Shown here: positions 62,232-64,000 of the stretch, piece by piece
Layout of the letters: each line of letters begins with the position of its first letter
Position numbering within the stretch: the stretch's first letter is position 1
Assembly (NCBI GenBank): GCA_031282405.1
Contig: JAITDU010000023.1
Location: forward strand, 911 to 64,910
Direction of reading: 5' to 3'
DNA: 64,000 nt
DNA from: Coriobacteriales bacterium
Lineage (GTDB): Bacteria; Actinomycetota; Coriobacteriia; Coriobacteriales; UBA8131
Translations under genes and position numbers: made by a program
The notes under the pieces: model-generated
Seen by the model: only the letters and a program-made list of their open reading frames with translations
Databases searched by the model: none
What the model was told of the DNA's origin: nothing

Positions 62232-64000
62232 TTAGGCGGTAACTACCGCGCGATTGTCCTGGTTTTTGTCGCCATCATCGTCTTTTGTCTTGCGAAGCGC
62301 CACGACGGTATGGATGATACCCATTATCGCAAACAAGGCAAATAGGGCAACGATGATAGGAGTATACGCGTCCAGCCAGGCCGTCGGTCTGTTAAGGCCG
62401 TCAAGCACAAGCCATACCACGACGGTGATAAGCCCCAGAACCACAGCCGCAATACCGGTTAAAAGGATGGCTCCTTTAAAATGCCTGCGCCTGAGGAGAT
62501 TGGCTGCCAGCAACACCAACGAGCCGAGAGCGGCAAGGACCGCAAGGATCAGGTTGAGCAGGCTTATGACCAAGGTAGTGTCCAGGTTGCCCAGGGGCAC
62601 ATTGCCCTCGGCGAGATCCACGACGGGGTTTCCGGTTTGAGACTGAAGAGCCTCTACCTCTTCTGGCGCGAAGCCTTCGGCCAAAAGCTCTGCCGGGGCC
62701 GGTGTGGGTGTGTCGACAACAGCGGGCACTGTGGGATCAGGCTCGGGCTCAGGATTATCTGTCGCAATCAAGGCATAAAGCGCCTTTATGTCGATATCGG
62801 TTGTGACGTTGGTAAAGTCTTTGTCCCAGCCGGTAAAGGTGTAGCCTTCGCGCGTTGGGTCGCTTGGCGCTGTGGCGTCAGAGCCGTAAGATACCGTCTC
62901 GGATTTGAGTTCGGTGCCGTCAAAGTCTAAGAAGCGCACCGTGAAGGTGTTGAGCGCCCATTGGGCATACAGCGTGATATTGCCGCTGACGGTGAATGTT
63001 TCATTTGCCGCATAGGGCGTACCCTTGCCGTCCTTGGCCGTGTTCCAGCCGGCGAACGTGTAGGTGCCCAGAGCCAGATTGCCCGTGTTGCCCAACACGG
63101 TAGCTTGAGCGTTGTCGGCGGAATAGGGCGTAGGATCGACGGGCGCGGTGCCTGATGTGGCGCCATTGGCATCATAGGTCACCGTGTAAGTGAGCGTGCC
63201 GCCAGTATAGTTGATGTCGTAGTTGTTAAACACGAGGTTCTTGAACTTCAAGCTATCGGTCTCCAACCAAGCAGGCGAGATGGAGGTAACCGTGCCTGCG
63301 AATCCCACGGGCGTGGTGTCCGGGTAGTAAAGCTTGGTAGCGTTGTTGCCGCTGAACGACGCCTCGCTGCCTGCGAGTATGGAAAGGCTGGCATAGTAGC
63401 TCACATAAATGCCGCCGCCGCCGGAGTTGCCGCTCGCGGTGTTATTGCTTACTCGGGCGTCATCAGAGAGCGTGATGGTGGAGCCACTGTCCACAACATA
63501 GATGCCGCCACCCCAAGCTGCACTGTTACCGTTAAGCGCGGCGCTGCCAGCAAGAGTAACGCTGCTGTCTTGGTCGGCATAAATTCCGCCGCCGCCAGTA
63601 CTCGCACTGTTACCGTCGTCAGCTGTAGCGCCACCTACTACTGAGTTGTCAGCAAGGGTAACTGACGACCAGTAGTCGGCATAAATTCCGCCGCCGCCGC
63701 CATTGGTGGTGACATTGCTGCGCACTTGGGCAGAGCCGGCAAGCTTGACAGCGGAGCCGTAGTAAGCATAGATGCCGCCGCCACGGATCTTGGCGATATT
63801 GCCGCTGATCACGGGGCTGTCGTCTATCTCGTCAGCATCATCGCCGAGGGCAACCGTAGCATAGTAGGCGTAGATGCCGCCGCCATAGCCAGCGGAGGAG
63901 CTTATCTCATTGCCGCTCACCTGAGCAGACCCGGTAAGGGTGGCCGTAGTGTTGTAGACATAGATGCCGCCGCCATACCAGTAGGCTTCATTGTCGCTCA
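62232..64000 (-). CDS. Surface protein with GGGIY beta-helix repeats, InlB B/Listeria-Bacteroides repeats and a three-TM C-terminal anchor; 5' end lies beyond the window
   Basis: Repeated N.A..GGGIY; YTVTYDANG..FAGWNT..TLYAQW; PTREGYTFTGWD. The frame is open to the window edge (SDNEAYWYGGGIY..). Confidence 0.9.
   Translation of the reverse strand, partial: SDNEAYWYGGGIYVYNTTATLTGSAQVSGNEISSSAGYGGGIYAYYATVALGDDADEIDDSPVISGNIAKIRGGGIYAYYGSAVKLAGSAQVRSNVTTNGGGGGIYADYWSSVTLADNSVVGGATADDGNSASTGGGGIYADQDSSVTLAGSAALNGNSAAWGGGIYVVDSGSTITLSDDARVSNNTASGNSGGGGIYVSYYASLSILAGSEASFSGNNATKLYYPDTTPVGFAGTVTSISPAWLETDSLKFKNLVFNNYDINYTGGTLTYTVTYDANGATSGTAPVDPTPYSADNAQATVLGNTGNLALGTYTFAGWNTAKDGKGTPYAANETFTVSGNITLYAQWALNTFTVRFLDFDGTELKSETVSYGSDATAPSDPTREGYTFTGWDKDFTNVTTDIDIKALYALIATDNPEPEPDPTVPAVVDTPTPAPAELLAEGFAPEEVEALQSQTGNPVVDLAEGNVPLGNLDTTLVISLLNLILAVLAALGSLVLLAANLLRRRHFKGAILLTGIAAVVLGLITVVVWLVLDGLNRPTAWLDAYTPIIVALFALFAIMGIIHTVVALRKTKDDDGDKNQDNRAVVTA

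Overview
64 kb of bacterial chromosome, most likely a Coriobacteriia (Eggerthellaceae-like) anaerobe. This is inferred from the Eggerthella-type flavin reductase and molybdoenzyme and the style of gyrA/glmS/guaA. Both ends run into large surface-protein genes: a >1900-aa SpaA/prealbumin-repeat adhesin that the ORF track misses, and a GGGIY-repeat/InlB-B-repeat protein. The core part has ppx-ppk1, guaA, rplM-rpsI and a gyrB-gyrA-glmS-acpS-nnrD-alr run. The accessory middle has an ECF/ABC iron-chelate uptake operon, a TetR/MFS/molybdopterin catechol-dehydroxylase-like cluster, two Fic genes, a decayed ICE, an IS1634 fragment and several pseudogenes. Most interesting signals: (1) a head-to-head Elp3 radical-SAM/acetyltransferase gene and Trm9/ALKBH8-like methyltransferase gene, a candidate eukaryote/archaea-type mcm5U34 tRNA pathway in a bacterium; (2) a type IV pilin/glycine-rich gene bracketed by REP-like palindromes, one pair enclosing a RAYT-like transposase tail; (3) a 21-bp-phased TACYGATA array inside a Fic gene; (4) three copies of the guaA 3' att core with arm-type repeats. 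No tRNA, rRNA, CRISPR array or reverse transcriptase was seen. All family calls come from motif recognition by eye, not from database searches.
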